NCBI GenBank assembly: GCA_964489445.1
Contig: CAZAYU010000001.1
Coordinates: forward strand, 375,968-439,967
Length of the DNA stretch: 64,000 nucleotides
Source: an uncultured Planctomycetia bacterium
GTDB lineage: Bacteria > Omnitrophota > Gorgyraeia > Duberdicusellales > 4484-171
Direction: 5' to 3'
The stretch's first letter is position 1. Each line of letters begins with the position of its first letter. Shown here piece after piece: positions 28,685-40,053 of this stretch. A program made the translations under genes and the position numbers. The notes beneath the pieces are model-generated. The model was not told the origin of the DNA, made no database searches, and saw only the letters and a list, made by a program, of their open reading frames with translations.

Positions 28685-30067
28685 TCATTCTGCTTCCACT
28701 TTTAAATCTATCCCCAGTTCTTCTAACTTATCTTCTCCTATCTCAGAAGGGGCACCGCTTAAAGGACAAATACCTTTCTGAGTCTTAGGAAAAGCAATCA
28801 CATCTCTGATACTCTCTGAGCCACTTATAATAGCATACAACCTATCTAACCCAAACGCAATACCTCCGTGTGGTGGAACCCCATATTTAAAAGATTTCAA
28901 TAAAAATCCAAATTTATTTTCCGCTTCTTCTTTAGAAATTCCCAGAATATCAAAAATCCTTTTTTGAATTTCTGCAGAATGGATTCTGATTGACCCACTA
29001 GCCAACTCCGCGCCATTCAAAATAAGATCGTACGAGCGTGACTTTATTTTAGCCGGATCACAATCCAATAAATTCAAATCTCCCTGGCTAGGCGCTGTAA
29101 ATGGATGATGCGAAGATTGCCAACGCTTTTCTTCTTGATTGTATTCAAATAACGGAAAATCAGTAACCCATAAGAATCGATAATCTCCTTCTCCAATATC
29201 TGGTTTATCTATTTTATGTTTGTCGAGAGCGTCTTTATGCGAAATCCTCAAAAAAGGTGTTTTTATCTCGACCTTTAGTACTTCGGAAAAAACTTCAGCA
29301 ATCATTTTCTCAGTTAAGGAAAAAATATCCTCTTCTTCAATAAAAGACATTTCTAAATCTAACTGAGTAAATTCCGGCTGTCGATCTCGCCTTAAATCTT
29401 CATCTCGAAAACATCTTACAATTTGGCAATATTTATCTACTCCTGCAACCATTAATATTTGCTTAAATAATTGAGGAGATTGAGGCAAAGCGTAGAATTT
29501 TCCTCTATTCAGACGGGAAGGCACAAGATAATCTCTCGCTCCTTCCGGCGTTGATTTAGTAAGAAAAGGAGTTTCTATCTCTAGAAATCCTTGTTTACTT
29601 AAAAATTTTCTCAAGCCTTGGTTCAGACTATCTCTTAATATTATTTTCTTTAAAACGCTTTTCCTTCTTAAGTCAAGATAGCGATGAGCTAATCTTACTT
29701 CTTCTGTTATTTCAGAATCCTCTTCAATACTAAACGGTAGATCTTCTGCTTGGCTTAAAATATCCAAATTCTGAGCGCAAACTTCTATCAACCCTGTTGT
29801 TATCTTATGATTTTCCGTTTTTTCCGGGCGTGGACAAACTTTTCCTTTAACACATATTACATCTTCATTACGTAGCTGTTTTGCTAATTCGTACACAGTG
29901 ACTTCCGGTTTAGGAAGAAAAACAACCTGGGTAATCCCGTATCTATCCCGAATATCGATAAAGATTATCTTTCCGTGATCTCTCCGGGCAGCAACCCAAC
30001 CACACAAACTAACCGTTATATCAATATCGTTTTTACTTAATTCACCGCAAGTATTCGTCCTCAACAT
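28685..30067 (-). CDS. aspS: Aspartyl-tRNA synthetase (compact form lacking the GAD insertion)
   Basis: FRDEDLRRDRQPEFTQLDLEMSF closely matches the bacterial AspRS motif 2 region; 460 aa. Confidence 0.85.
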   Translation of the reverse strand: MLRTNTCGELSKNDIDITVSLCGWVAARRDHGKIIFIDIRDRYGITQVVFLPKPEVTVYELAKQLRNEDVICVKGKVCPRPEKTENHKITTGLIEVCAQNLDILSQAEDLPFSIEEDSEITEEVRLAHRYLDLRRKSVLKKIILRDSLNQGLRKFLSKQGFLEIETPFLTKSTPEGARDYLVPSRLNRGKFYALPQSPQLFKQILMVAGVDKYCQIVRCFRDEDLRRDRQPEFTQLDLEMSFIEEEDIFSLTEKMIAEVFSEVLKVEIKTPFLRISHKDALDKHKIDKPDIGEGDYRFLWVTDFPLFEYNQEEKRWQSSHHPFTAPSQGDLNLLDCDPAKIKSRSYDLILNGAELASGSIRIHSAEIQKRIFDILGISKEEAENKFGFLLKSFKYGVPPHGGIAFGLDRLYAIISGSESIRDVIAFPKTQKGICPLSGAPSEIGEDKLEELGIDLKVEAE

Positions 30068-31317
30068 TGCTCCACCACCTTACTTTTTATATTTATTTCT
30101 AAGTTGTCCAGCCTAATCTTTTCCTGGGTTGAGTTACTCATATTTTTTAGCACTACACATCCAGTAGCTAATTCTTCTTTTCCCACAATAATCACCCAGG
30201 GAATTTCTTTTTTTTGAGCAATCCTTAGTTGCCCTTTTAATGATTTATTACGATAATCACAATCGCAAGATATTTTGTTATTCCTAATCTTATCCATAAT
30301 ATCAAATGCTGTATCACACGAAAATTCATCAGCTATAGCAATAAATACACTCACTTGCCGTTTGAGGAAAAATTTCTCTGCAGCAATTAGCACTCTCTCA
30401 ACACCCAAGGCAAATCCCACGGCAGGAACATTTTCTCCCCCTAAAGATTCCACTAATCCATTGTATCTACCCCCAGCAGCTATTGCGTCCTGAGACCCCA
30501 ATTGGTCAGATATACACTCAAAAACCATATTTGTGTAATAATCAAGTCCTCGAACTAAAAAAGGAGAATAATTGTACTGTATACCCAAATTATCTAAGTT
30601 AGCAAGTAGAGCTTTGAATCTCTTCAGGCAATTACTACACAAATGACTCTGGCCTAAATCTAGAGAACCTACTATATCTTTGCAACTATTTTTTTTGCAA
30701 TCGAGAACACGTAAGGGGTTAGTGTTAATTCTTCGACAACAATCACCGCAAAGGATGTCTACATTTTTATTAAGGCTGTTCTTTAAGTATTCAGAGAATC
30801 TTTGCTTATCGGAAATGCACCCTAAAGTGTTGATTTTTAAATTAATATTTTTTACACCCAAGCTTTTTAATAACTTCAAACATAAAATAATCATTTCCGT
30901 ATCAAGATAAACACTATCAGAGCCGATTGCTTCAGCACCAACATGATGAAACTGACGAAATCTTCCTTTCTGCGGCCGTTCACCTCTAAACATCGGACCA
31001 ATATAAAAAAATTTATGGAAATCACTTTGTTTGCCTAAGGAATGTTGTAAATAATATCTGACTACACCTGCAGTTCCTTCAGGACGCAAGACAATATCTT
31101 TACCTTCAACTTTAAATATCTGGCGTTCAGCAATATCCGTAACTTCGCCTAATCCACGAACGAACAATCCTTTTTCTTCTAAAATAGGAAGATTGATTTC
31201 TTCATACGCAAATATTTTAAATATTTCTCTTGCCTGAACAAATATTGCCTCTAGCGATTGGCATTGTTCTGAAGAAAAATCTGATGTTCCGCGAACATTT
31301 TTATATTTCTTTTTCAC
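30061..31317 (-). CDS. hisS: Histidyl-tRNA synthetase
   Basis: Class II aaRS, HisRS family, with an anticodon-binding C-terminus. Confidence 0.9.
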   Translation of the reverse strand: MKKKYKNVRGTSDFSSEQCQSLEAIFVQAREIFKIFAYEEINLPILEEKGLFVRGLGEVTDIAERQIFKVEGKDIVLRPEGTAGVVRYYLQHSLGKQSDFHKFFYIGPMFRGERPQKGRFRQFHHVGAEAIGSDSVYLDTEMIILCLKLLKSLGVKNINLKINTLGCISDKQRFSEYLKNSLNKNVDILCGDCCRRINTNPLRVLDCKKNSCKDIVGSLDLGQSHLCSNCLKRFKALLANLDNLGIQYNYSPFLVRGLDYYTNMVFECISDQLGSQDAIAAGGRYNGLVESLGGENVPAVGFALGVERVLIAAEKFFLKRQVSVFIAIADEFSCDTAFDIMDKIRNNKISCDCDYRNKSLKGQLRIAQKKEIPWVIIVGKEELATGCVVLKNMSNSTQEKIRLDNLEINIKSKVVEQC

Positions 31318-31392
31318 TTACTTAAAGCTCCTATTTTTGGGAATGATATATTTCGGGAGGAAAATAAGAGGATACATCCTAGGAAAACACAG

Positions 31393-31665
31393 CTACTTTA
31401 TATTTTTTTTCATTTCCAAGCCAGGCTTGAAAACAACTATAGATCTTTCAGGTATGGGAACCACTTCGCCAGTTTTAGGATTTCGGCCAATCCTTTTTTT
31501 TCGCTTTTTCACTTGAAATACTCCAAAATTCCTTAATTCAACCCTTTTACCATCCTTTAGAGCACCAGAAATAATATCGAAAGTCTTCTGCACTACGTCT
31601 TTAACAACTATTTGCTTTGCCTTCGTATCCTCACAAATTTTTAAAACAATATCCCGCTTTCGCAT
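31393..31665 (-). CDS. HU/IHF-family DNA-binding protein
   Basis: GRNPKTGEVVPIP arm motif; 90 aa. Confidence 0.85.
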   Translation of the reverse strand: MRKRDIVLKICEDTKAKQIVVKDVVQKTFDIISGALKDGKRVELRNFGVFQVKKRKKRIGRNPKTGEVVPIPERSIVVFKPGLEMKKNIK

Positions 31666-31688
31666 AAAATTAGTGTATCATTGGCAAA

Positions 31689-34600
31689 TTAAAGTGTCAA
31701 GGACAAGTTTTTCTCGCCTACTGCAGAAATTAATCTTTCCAAAGCATTGCTATCCAGCGATATAGAAAACCTGTTATCTGTTTTTATCTTCAAACTACCC
31801 AGCTTTTGATCCTGTACAGAAAAAAATACCGGTGTTGACCCTCGATGCTCAGAGAGAATGTTTTTTAACTCTTTCAGCGGAACATCTTTATCATTAATAG
31901 CAATGTCCACTTTTTTAATATGATCAATAATTTGCTCTACTGGTATAACTGCAGAAGCTAATATTTTAGAAACTTTATCCTTTGATTCTAATTTTCCTTT
32001 TAAAATTATTACCGCTGCTTCTTTTAATAAGCTAGACACCTCTTCAAAAAGGCGAGGAAAAATAACTACTTCCAAGCCTCCGGTTTCATCTTCGATTTTC
32101 AAGATCGCCATCTGCTCACCTTTACGCCTAGTCGTAATGTTCTTTACCTTCTCAATTATCCCACAGATTAAAACTTCTTCTGTTGTCTGCAGCCTGGGTA
32201 GATTTCCTATCCTTTTTCTTTTAAGGCAATTAACTACTTTAGAATACGATGACAACGGATGCCCGGTTAGATATATACCCAGTAATGATTTTTCAAAATT
32301 TAATATTTGCAAAAGCGGCCACTCCTCAACATCCGGAACATTAACAGACGGCTTTTTTGTGGCAAAAAGCGTTAACTGACTAGGATCGATTTTTGCTGTC
32401 GGCTTATTTAACAAATTATCTAGCATTAGTGCCATTTGAGCTCTTTTTAAGTTAAATCCATCCATGGCTCCTGACTTAATAAGACTTTCTATAACTTTTT
32501 TATTGGCTACTCGCGAATCAACTCGTTCACAAAAATCAAATATATCCTTAAATTCTCTCTCTTTTCTTATTCGAATTATATTATCTAAGGCCACTTTACC
32601 CACATTTTTAATAGCCATTAACCCAAACCGTATATTCTCTTTGTCTGTTACTGTAAAATTAGTAAAACTACTGTTAATATCCGGCGGTGAAACTTTTATA
32701 TTCATCCGCTCAGCTTCCGCAACATACTCGACTACTTTATCAGTATTATTACGTTCACTAGTAAGTAGCGCTGCCATAAATTCAATTGGAAAATTAGCCT
32801 TTAGATAGGCAGTACGATAAGAAATTAAAGCATAGGCGGTTGAGTGGGATTTGTTGAATCCATAGCCAGAAAAGTAATCTATTAAATCAAATATCTGATT
32901 GGCTAAATTAACTGGTATAGTATTCTTCTGGCATCCTTTTAAGAACAAGCTTCTTTGTTGATCCATGATCTCTGGTATTTTTTTACCAATCGCCTTACGC
33001 AAAAGATCAGCCCTCGACATATCAAAGCCCGCTAGCTGAGAGACTATCTGCATAATTTGTTCTTGATAAAGAATAATCCCGTATGTCTTTTTTAACAGCG
33101 GTTCTAACATAGGGTGAATATACGTAATATTTTTCTTTCCCTGTTTCCGGCTAATAAAGTCATCCACCATTCCACTTCCTAACGGCCCCGGACGATAAAG
33201 CGCTAGAACCGCAATTAAATCTTCAAAGACAGTAGGTTTTATTTTCTTTAGAATATCCCTCATCCCTCTACTTTCCAATTGAAAAACACCAACTGTATCT
33301 CCCTTGGCCAGTAAAGAAAATGTCTTTTTGTTCATTAAAGAAATTTTACTAATATCAACATCTATGCCTTGAGTCCGTTTTATAATTTTACTTGTCTCAT
33401 CGATAACCGTAAGAGTTTTCAATCCTAAAAAATCCATTTTTAACAAGCCTGTTTTCTCTAAAGAACTCATATCAAATCCAGTAATCATTTCCCCTTCCGA
33501 ACCCTTTATCAACGGAACCCTTTCAATTAATGGCTTATCGGAGATAACCACACCGGCAGCATGTGTGGAAGCATGACGGGAAAGCCCTTCTAGCTGCATC
33601 GCAACATCTATTAATCGTTTTACTTTTGTGTCGGAATCATACAAGCCGGCAAGTTCCGAGCTTATCGACAAAGCCTTTCTGAGATTAATTTGCTGCCCTG
33701 CGGCAGCAGGAATCATTTTGGCTATTTTATCCACCTCAGAATAGCTTATACCCATAACTCTACCCACATCTCTAATTGCAGCTCTAGCCAACATGGTTCC
33801 GAAAGTAATAATTTGGGCAACATTACTCCTACCATACTTATTTGAAACATACTCTAAAACTTCTGCTCTTTTTTCATAGCAAAAATCAATATCAATATCC
33901 GGCATAGAAATCCGTTCAGGATTCAAGAATCTTTCAAATAGAAGCTCAAAACTTAAAGGATCAACATCAGTAATTCCTAATATATAGCTCACAATGCTTC
34001 CTGCTGCCGACCCTCTACCTGGGCCGACTGGAATATGATTTTCCTTGGCAAACTTTATTAAATCCCAAACTATTATGAAATAACTGGAAAATCCGGTCTT
34101 GCTGATAACTCCCAACTCATATTCTAGCCTATCTTTAACTTTAGAATCGCCTTTAGGATATCTTTTTTCTAGATTTTTGTAACACAATTGTTTCAGGTGG
34201 TCCTTGTCTGTTTCCCCTAAAGGTAAAGGAAAATTAGGAAGATGCATCTTTGAAAAGTCAAGCGTAAGATTACACTTCTGCATAATCTCTAAAGTGCTCT
34301 TTAAGGCTTGGGGGGTATCTTTAAATGTTTCTTTCATTTCCTGAGGAGTCCGAAAATAAAAAGTATCACTACTGAATCTAAACCGATTCGGATCCGAAAG
34401 AGTAGTTTGAGTCTGTATTGCCAAAAGTGCTTCGTGAGCAAATGCTTCATTTTTTTCTAAATAGTGGATATCGTTAGTTGCCACAAGAGGAATGTCTAAA
34501 TCCCGAGATATTTTAAGAAGGTTTTTATTTATCTTTTTCTGTTCTGTTAACCCATTTTCCATGATTTCCAGATAAAAATTACCTTTACCAAAAATATTTA

Positions 34601-35096
34601 AATATTCATCAGACAACTTATAGGCCTGTTTTAAATCATTATTCAAAATACTGGCTGGAATTTCACCTTTAAGACACGCACTTAATGCTATAAGACCTTC
34701 GCTATAGGCAGAAAGAATTTCCTTATCCACCCTTGGCTTATAATAAAATCCCTCCATATTCGCTAAGCTCACTAATCGTATAAGATTAGCATACCCTTGA
34801 TTATTTTTAACTAAAAGAATAAGATGATAATTGTTATCCGAGCTTGACCGATGCTCTTTGTCAAAACGTGAATTCTTCGCTACATACACTTCGCAGCCAA
34901 TTATCGGTTTAATCCCCTTTTTTAAGCAAAGCGTGTAGAATTTTATTGCTCCAAATAAATTACCATGATCAGTAATGGCAAGAGCCGGCATTTTACAAGC
35001 AACCGCTTTATCGACCAGTCTTTCCAAAAGACAAGCCCCGTCTAAAAGGCTATACTGGGTATGAACGTGCAAGTGGACAAAATCAGAATGCACCAT
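31689..35096 (-). CDS. dnaE: DNA polymerase III alpha subunit
   Basis: PHP domain (HLHVHTQYSLLDG) and pol III alpha core; 1135 aa. Confidence 0.95.
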   Translation of the reverse strand: MVHSDFVHLHVHTQYSLLDGACLLERLVDKAVACKMPALAITDHGNLFGAIKFYTLCLKKGIKPIIGCEVYVAKNSRFDKEHRSSSDNNYHLILLVKNNQGYANLIRLVSLANMEGFYYKPRVDKEILSAYSEGLIALSACLKGEIPASILNNDLKQAYKLSDEYLNIFGKGNFYLEIMENGLTEQKKINKNLLKISRDLDIPLVATNDIHYLEKNEAFAHEALLAIQTQTTLSDPNRFRFSSDTFYFRTPQEMKETFKDTPQALKSTLEIMQKCNLTLDFSKMHLPNFPLPLGETDKDHLKQLCYKNLEKRYPKGDSKVKDRLEYELGVISKTGFSSYFIIVWDLIKFAKENHIPVGPGRGSAAGSIVSYILGITDVDPLSFELLFERFLNPERISMPDIDIDFCYEKRAEVLEYVSNKYGRSNVAQIITFGTMLARAAIRDVGRVMGISYSEVDKIAKMIPAAAGQQINLRKALSISSELAGLYDSDTKVKRLIDVAMQLEGLSRHASTHAAGVVISDKPLIERVPLIKGSEGEMITGFDMSSLEKTGLLKMDFLGLKTLTVIDETSKIIKRTQGIDVDISKISLMNKKTFSLLAKGDTVGVFQLESRGMRDILKKIKPTVFEDLIAVLALYRPGPLGSGMVDDFISRKQGKKNITYIHPMLEPLLKKTYGIILYQEQIMQIVSQLAGFDMSRADLLRKAIGKKIPEIMDQQRSLFLKGCQKNTIPVNLANQIFDLIDYFSGYGFNKSHSTAYALISYRTAYLKANFPIEFMAALLTSERNNTDKVVEYVAEAERMNIKVSPPDINSSFTNFTVTDKENIRFGLMAIKNVGKVALDNIIRIRKEREFKDIFDFCERVDSRVANKKVIESLIKSGAMDGFNLKRAQMALMLDNLLNKPTAKIDPSQLTLFATKKPSVNVPDVEEWPLLQILNFEKSLLGIYLTGHPLSSYSKVVNCLKRKRIGNLPRLQTTEEVLICGIIEKVKNITTRRKGEQMAILKIEDETGGLEVVIFPRLFEEVSSLLKEAAVIILKGKLESKDKVSKILASAVIPVEQIIDHIKKVDIAINDKDVPLKELKNILSEHRGSTPVFFSVQDQKLGSLKIKTDNRFSISLDSNALERLISAVGEKNLSLTL

Positions 35097-35240
35097 AATT
35101 TATTTAGTTTTAAATTTTAAACCTTAAGGATAAATAATAAGTTGATAGAATACTATAAAATGCTTAATACTTACAAAAAACAAAAGTTTAAAAAAGTGGG
35201 GAAACAATTTAGAAAATGCTTTAACTTACTTAAACTTATA

Positions 35241-36782
35241 CTATTCCCATTCAATAGTTGCCGGTGGTTTTGAACTTATATCAAGAACGACCCTGTTAAC
35301 CCCTCTTACCTTGTTGATAATTGAACTGGAAATATCATTCAAGATATCATAAGGTATCTTTGCCCAGTCAGCAGTCATCCCGTCCAAGCTAGTAACCGCA
35401 CGTATTGCTATTACATGTTCATAAGTTCGCTTATCTCCCATAACTCCCACTGTTTTTAACGGTAACAAGACACAAAACACCTGCCAAATATCATTATACA
35501 GACCATATTTTTTTATGACTTTATCTAAAATAAAATCTGCCTCTCTTAAAATCTTTAATCTGCCAATAGTTATCTCGCCAATAATTCTTACCCCCAAACC
35601 AGGACCAGGAAAAGGATGACGGTTGATTATGCTTTCTGGAAGACCTAAAATGCTAGCTATTTCTCGAACTTCATCTTTAAAAAGCTGCCTGTACGGTTCG
35701 ATTAACGTTAATTTCATTTTTTCCGGAAGGCCTCCGACGTTGTGATGAGATTTAATTCGATGCGTTGGCCCACCAAAAAAAGGAACTGACTCGATAACAT
35801 CAGGATAAAGAGTTCCTTGGGCAAGAAACTTAGCATTCTTAACTTTTTTTGCCTCTTCGTCAAACACTTTGATAAAATTATGACCAATTATTTTCCGCTT
35901 CTCTTCCGGGTCGCTAATATTTTTTAAACTAGAAAGGAAAAGCTTCGAAGCATTAACGTAATCTAAATTAATTTTAAAGTTTCCTTGAAAAATCTTAACT
36001 ACTTTTTCTGCCTCTCTCTTCCTCAATAAACCATTATTAACAAAGATGCATTTGAGCTGTCTTCCTATAGCTTTGTGCAGTAAAACCGCCAAAGCTGAAG
36101 AATCAACCCCTCCGCTTAAGCCACAAATGACTGTTTTTTTTCCAATTTGTTTTTTTATCTTTTTTACTTCTTCGGAAATAAAATCATCCAGCTGCCAATT
36201 CGCAAAACAATTGCTGATTCTAAATAAGAAATTAGAAATAATCTGCAATCCTGATTCCGTATGAACCACTTCCGGATGAAATTGTACTCCATAAATCTTT
36301 CTTTTACAGTCAGCAATTGACGCAAATTGAGTATTCAGTGTATGCGAAAGAACCTTAAAACCTTTGGGTAAATCAACGACTTTATCAGTATGGCTCATCC
36401 AGGAAATAAACTTAGCCGGTAAAGAAAAAAATAAATCCCGGTGATCATCAATATACATTTGCGCCTGTCCGTATTCCCTTTTTTTTGATTCTTTTACTTT
36501 TCCTCCTAAAGTTTTTACTAAAATTTGCATTCCATAGCAAATACCTAAAATCGGAATTCCTAAGGACAAAATTTCTTTGTTTAACGAAGGAGCATTTTTT
36601 TCATAGACACTATAGGGACCTCCAGAAAGAATAATTGCTTTAGGTTTGATTTTGATTATTTTCTCAAAAGCAACCTCGCAAGATTCGATGACACTAAACA
36701 CTTTTAGCTGCCTGATTCTTCGGGCAATAAGCTGTGTATACTGTGAGCCAAAATCAAGAATTAATACTGTATCTTTCTTCAT
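35241..36782 (-). CDS. guaA: GMP synthase (glutamine-hydrolysing)
   Basis: GATase plus ATP-PPase (SGGVDSS) plus a C-terminal dimerisation domain. Confidence 0.95.
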   Translation of the reverse strand: MKKDTVLILDFGSQYTQLIARRIRQLKVFSVIESCEVAFEKIIKIKPKAIILSGGPYSVYEKNAPSLNKEILSLGIPILGICYGMQILVKTLGGKVKESKKREYGQAQMYIDDHRDLFFSLPAKFISWMSHTDKVVDLPKGFKVLSHTLNTQFASIADCKRKIYGVQFHPEVVHTESGLQIISNFLFRISNCFANWQLDDFISEEVKKIKKQIGKKTVICGLSGGVDSSALAVLLHKAIGRQLKCIFVNNGLLRKREAEKVVKIFQGNFKINLDYVNASKLFLSSLKNISDPEEKRKIIGHNFIKVFDEEAKKVKNAKFLAQGTLYPDVIESVPFFGGPTHRIKSHHNVGGLPEKMKLTLIEPYRQLFKDEVREIASILGLPESIINRHPFPGPGLGVRIIGEITIGRLKILREADFILDKVIKKYGLYNDIWQVFCVLLPLKTVGVMGDKRTYEHVIAIRAVTSLDGMTADWAKIPYDILNDISSSIINKVRGVNRVVLDISSKPPATIEWE

Positions 36783-36813
36783 CTTACTCTTTCCCTTTTA
36801 TCCTCTTTTCTCT

Positions 36814-36914
36814 CATCCTTTCGTCTTTTCATCTATCGTGCCTCGGAACGTTGCGTCTCTTTTCAATTTCCCCTTAATCCATAATCCTTACCGCTTAATC
36901 TTAACCTCAACCTA
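36814..36914. repeat. Purine-rich intergenic element (coding-strand sense) sharing short motifs with other intergenic leaders; see findings
   Basis: ctcatcctttcgtc...tcatctatcgt (36814-36844), taatccataatcc (36876-36889), cttaacctcaacct (36901-36914). Related sequence is at 24709-24826, 41611-41631 and 45430-45514. Confidence 0.4.
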
Positions 36915-36932
36915 ATCTTTAGCCTTTCTCAT

Positions 36933-38093
36933 CTACTTACCCATCCCCACCCGCTGGGTAGCCTGAAACACTTTGCCTTCTGTCTGGATAGAAGGAGCGA
37001 TTATAATCTCCACATAATGCATATCATTGATAGTTTTTGCTCCTAAAGAGCCCATAGACGTAGTAAGAGCGCCCATGAGATTCTGAGAACCGTCATCAAC
37101 TGTAGCTGGACCAAAAAGAATTTGCTCTAGGCTACCGGTTACTCCCACGTTAATTCTGGTTCCCCTCGGTAAATTACCATGAGAAGTAGCCATCCCCCAG
37201 TGAAATCCCCCGCCGGGAGATTCTTTAGCTCGAGCAAAAGCTGAGCCAATCATTACTGCATCCGCACCACAAGCAAATGCTTTACAAACATCTCCGCCTC
37301 TACTCATTCCTCCGTCCGTAATAATTGACACATATCTTCCTGTTTTTTTATAAAAGAAATCACGAGCATGCGCGCAATCAACAGTAGAAGTAACTTGAGG
37401 AACACCAATGCCTAATACTCCTCTAGTTGTGCAAGCCGCTCCAGGACCAACTCCGACTAAAATCCCTGCGCAGCCTGTTTCAAAAAGCTCTAGTGTTACT
37501 TCATACGTAACGCAATTACCAATGATTACCGGCATTTTAGTTTTTCGACAAAATTTATGCAAATCCAGAGGTTGATATTTTTTAGCAACATGCTTAGCAG
37601 TAGTAACTGTAGATTGGACAACAAAACAATCAGCCCCTGCTTCTTGAGCTATCACTGCAAATTTTTCTGCATTTTGAGGAATACAGCTAACCGCAGCATA
37701 TCCACCACCTTTTTTAATTTCGCTTACTCTCTTGGCAACTAATTTTTCTTTAATCGGCATAGTATATACCTTTTGAATCAAATTAGTAGCTTTTTGCGGT
37801 GAAGCTTTAGCAATCTCTTCTAATACGTCATCCGGGTTCAGATAGCGAGTCTGTACTCCATCTAAATTCAAAACTGCCATCCCACCCAGCCGGGACATCT
37901 CAATGGCAAATTTAACACCTACTACTCCGTCCATTGCCGCTGCAAGTATCGGAACTGGAAAACTTCTCTCACCAAATTTCCAATTAACCTCCACTTCTTC
38001 AGGATTCACAGTAATTCTTCCTGGAGCAAGAGCAATTTCATCAAAACCGTAACATCTACGCGCCCGCCTTCCAATTCCAATCCATTCTGCCAT
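36933..38093 (-). CDS. IMP dehydrogenase / GMP reductase family protein (no CBS domains)
   Basis: TIM-barrel IMPDH catalytic loop (GVGPGAACTTR); 386 aa. Confidence 0.75.
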   Translation of the reverse strand: MAEWIGIGRRARRCYGFDEIALAPGRITVNPEEVEVNWKFGERSFPVPILAAAMDGVVGVKFAIEMSRLGGMAVLNLDGVQTRYLNPDDVLEEIAKASPQKATNLIQKVYTMPIKEKLVAKRVSEIKKGGGYAAVSCIPQNAEKFAVIAQEAGADCFVVQSTVTTAKHVAKKYQPLDLHKFCRKTKMPVIIGNCVTYEVTLELFETGCAGILVGVGPGAACTTRGVLGIGVPQVTSTVDCAHARDFFYKKTGRYVSIITDGGMSRGGDVCKAFACGADAVMIGSAFARAKESPGGGFHWGMATSHGNLPRGTRINVGVTGSLEQILFGPATVDDGSQNLMGALTTSMGSLGAKTINDMHYVEIIIAPSIQTEGKVFQATQRVGMGK

Positions 38094-38175
38094 TATCTTA
38101 CCTCCTTATAGAGTATGCTTGCTAAGCATAAAACACTTTAATCAACATTAAAAAAAAACAGTCATCTACTTATAA

Positions 38176-39183
38176 TCATCCGGAAGCTTCCACAGTAGCA
38201 CTTGAAGATAAATCATTATTGTTTTCTTCTTGCTCGAATCCTTTTAGAAAGCTAGAAATAGCTTTTTCCCGTTCGCTAGAATCCCATGGTTCATTTTTCC
38301 CGGAGAAAGATTCCTGGCCTAGAATATGCTTTGCAAAAATGGTTGCCTGTTCTTTTGCTACTGTAAGCCCTTTGAAGAAATACATTTCTTGATTAGCGCT
38401 AAAATTACCTACTGCCCCTAATAAATATACATCATTCCAATTTGTAAAAAAAACATTATTTACAACAACTTCTTCTTCAAAAAATTTTAGATTAGGACTC
38501 AACCCACTATCCACAAACACTAACTGCGAAGAAAAAACCTTCAGAGGCGATATTTTAACAGCTTTAACAGTTGACTCACCCACTGCTTCTTCCATGGAAG
38601 ACCCAGCATGTAAAATAATATTTTCCTTAGCATCTAACAAATTAATGACCCGTTCTTTGAATTCACCCAAAAAATCTAAATTGGTAAATACTATCCTTAC
38701 TTCTTTTTCCAAAAGCGCTAATGCTAAGCAAAGTTTTACTCCAAGCCAAGTAGAAACTGAAACCGTTACCTCCCGGTAAAGCTTTAGCAGATCAATAATT
38801 ATAAGCGGTTCAAGAGACGAAAGATAAAAAAACCCACCACGATGCTCGCCTTTAAGCGACATTTTTTTAGAAACTAATCCAGATGAGACAACAAGACTTT
38901 CAAAGCTATCAGCCTGCGTATCCCCTTTAAAAAAAATCTTTTTTAGCCGGACATTAACTCTTTCTACTTCTTCATTTACAAATTTTACTTTTTTTTCTTT
39001 TGCCCAATTTTGTAAATTAATCTTATTTTTTATGCCACCAGGTTGAGAAACTAAATCATCACTAGGAAAACAATATTGACGTTTATCAATAATTTTAATG
39101 CCACATTTGTTATTGCTCTTTCTAATTTCTTCAACCAATGCTCTGCCTGCCTCTCCTGCACCTAAAATAGTAATATCATTCAT
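38176..39183 (-). CDS. Putative NAD/FAD-binding (Rossmann) oxidoreductase-like protein
   Basis: N-terminal ILGAGEAG dinucleotide-binding motif only; family not resolved. Confidence 0.35.
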   Translation of the reverse strand: MNDITILGAGEAGRALVEEIRKSNNKCGIKIIDKRQYCFPSDDLVSQPGGIKNKINLQNWAKEKKVKFVNEEVERVNVRLKKIFFKGDTQADSFESLVVSSGLVSKKMSLKGEHRGGFFYLSSLEPLIIIDLLKLYREVTVSVSTWLGVKLCLALALLEKEVRIVFTNLDFLGEFKERVINLLDAKENIILHAGSSMEEAVGESTVKAVKISPLKVFSSQLVFVDSGLSPNLKFFEEEVVVNNVFFTNWNDVYLLGAVGNFSANQEMYFFKGLTVAKEQATIFAKHILGQESFSGKNEPWDSSEREKAISSFLKGFEQEENNNDLSSSATVEASG

Positions 39184-39189
39184 AAAAAT

Positions 39190-40053
39190 TTATAAAATTT
39201 TTGTTTTTCTTTCTTTGGATATTTTCACTAAATTATCAAAAAGAAAAAACGTTGTCAATTTTCCAACCCCACTACAGACCGGTGAAATAAAAGAAGCTTT
39301 TATTTTCGCTTTTTCAAATTCTACATCTCCTGTTATCTTCCCATTTTTACGACTAATTCCCACGTCAATAACTACCGCTCCATCTTTTATCCATTCTCCT
39401 TTAATTATTTCCGGCTCGCCCACCGCTGAAATTACTATGTCTGCGTTATTAATGTAAGCCGGCAAGTCTCCTTTTTCACTAGTAGCAATATTAGCAATGC
39501 TTAATGTGGCAAGTTTATTCCCCAACCAAAACAATAACGGTTTAGCCATTATTGAAGAAAAGCCAACAAGTGTAATTTTTTTTCCTCTATAATTTTCCGG
39601 TTTTTTTTCTAAAGCAATATCTAGTAGCTCCCTAACACTTCTTGCCGTAGGAGGCATTAACCCTGATCCGTTCATGAAAAACTTTCCAATATTAAAAGGA
39701 TGCATACCTTCGGGATCTTTATCCACGCAAAGACAAGAAAACACCTTCTCTTCCGGCCACCCACAAGGAAATGGTTTATTAAGAATAACTCCCGTTATAT
39801 TTGAGGAGCTGTTTAATTTTAGTAATTCTGCCTGAAAATCACAGAAAGAAATTTTTAAATCTAGATCTACAGGTTTATATTCTACTCCTAATTCTTGAGC
39901 CAACTTCTTTTGTGAGGCTCGATAAACATCGGCAGAAAAATCCCTGCCCAAAGCAACGGAAGCCAAGCAAAGATCAGAAGAGCTTTTGATAGATTTTTTA
40001 AGCTCCTGCTTTAAATAGTAATAATGTTCTTGAGCGTTTAAAATTACTGCCAT
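39190..40053 (-). CDS. folD: Methylenetetrahydrofolate dehydrogenase/cyclohydrolase
   Basis: KDPEGMHPFNIGKF and GVGKLT correspond to conserved FolD motifs. Confidence 0.8.
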   Translation of the reverse strand: MAVILNAQEHYYYLKQELKKSIKSSSDLCLASVALGRDFSADVYRASQKKLAQELGVEYKPVDLDLKISFCDFQAELLKLNSSSNITGVILNKPFPCGWPEEKVFSCLCVDKDPEGMHPFNIGKFFMNGSGLMPPTARSVRELLDIALEKKPENYRGKKITLVGFSSIMAKPLLFWLGNKLATLSIANIATSEKGDLPAYINNADIVISAVGEPEIIKGEWIKDGAVVIDVGISRKNGKITGDVEFEKAKIKASFISPVCSGVGKLTTFFLFDNLVKISKERKTKIL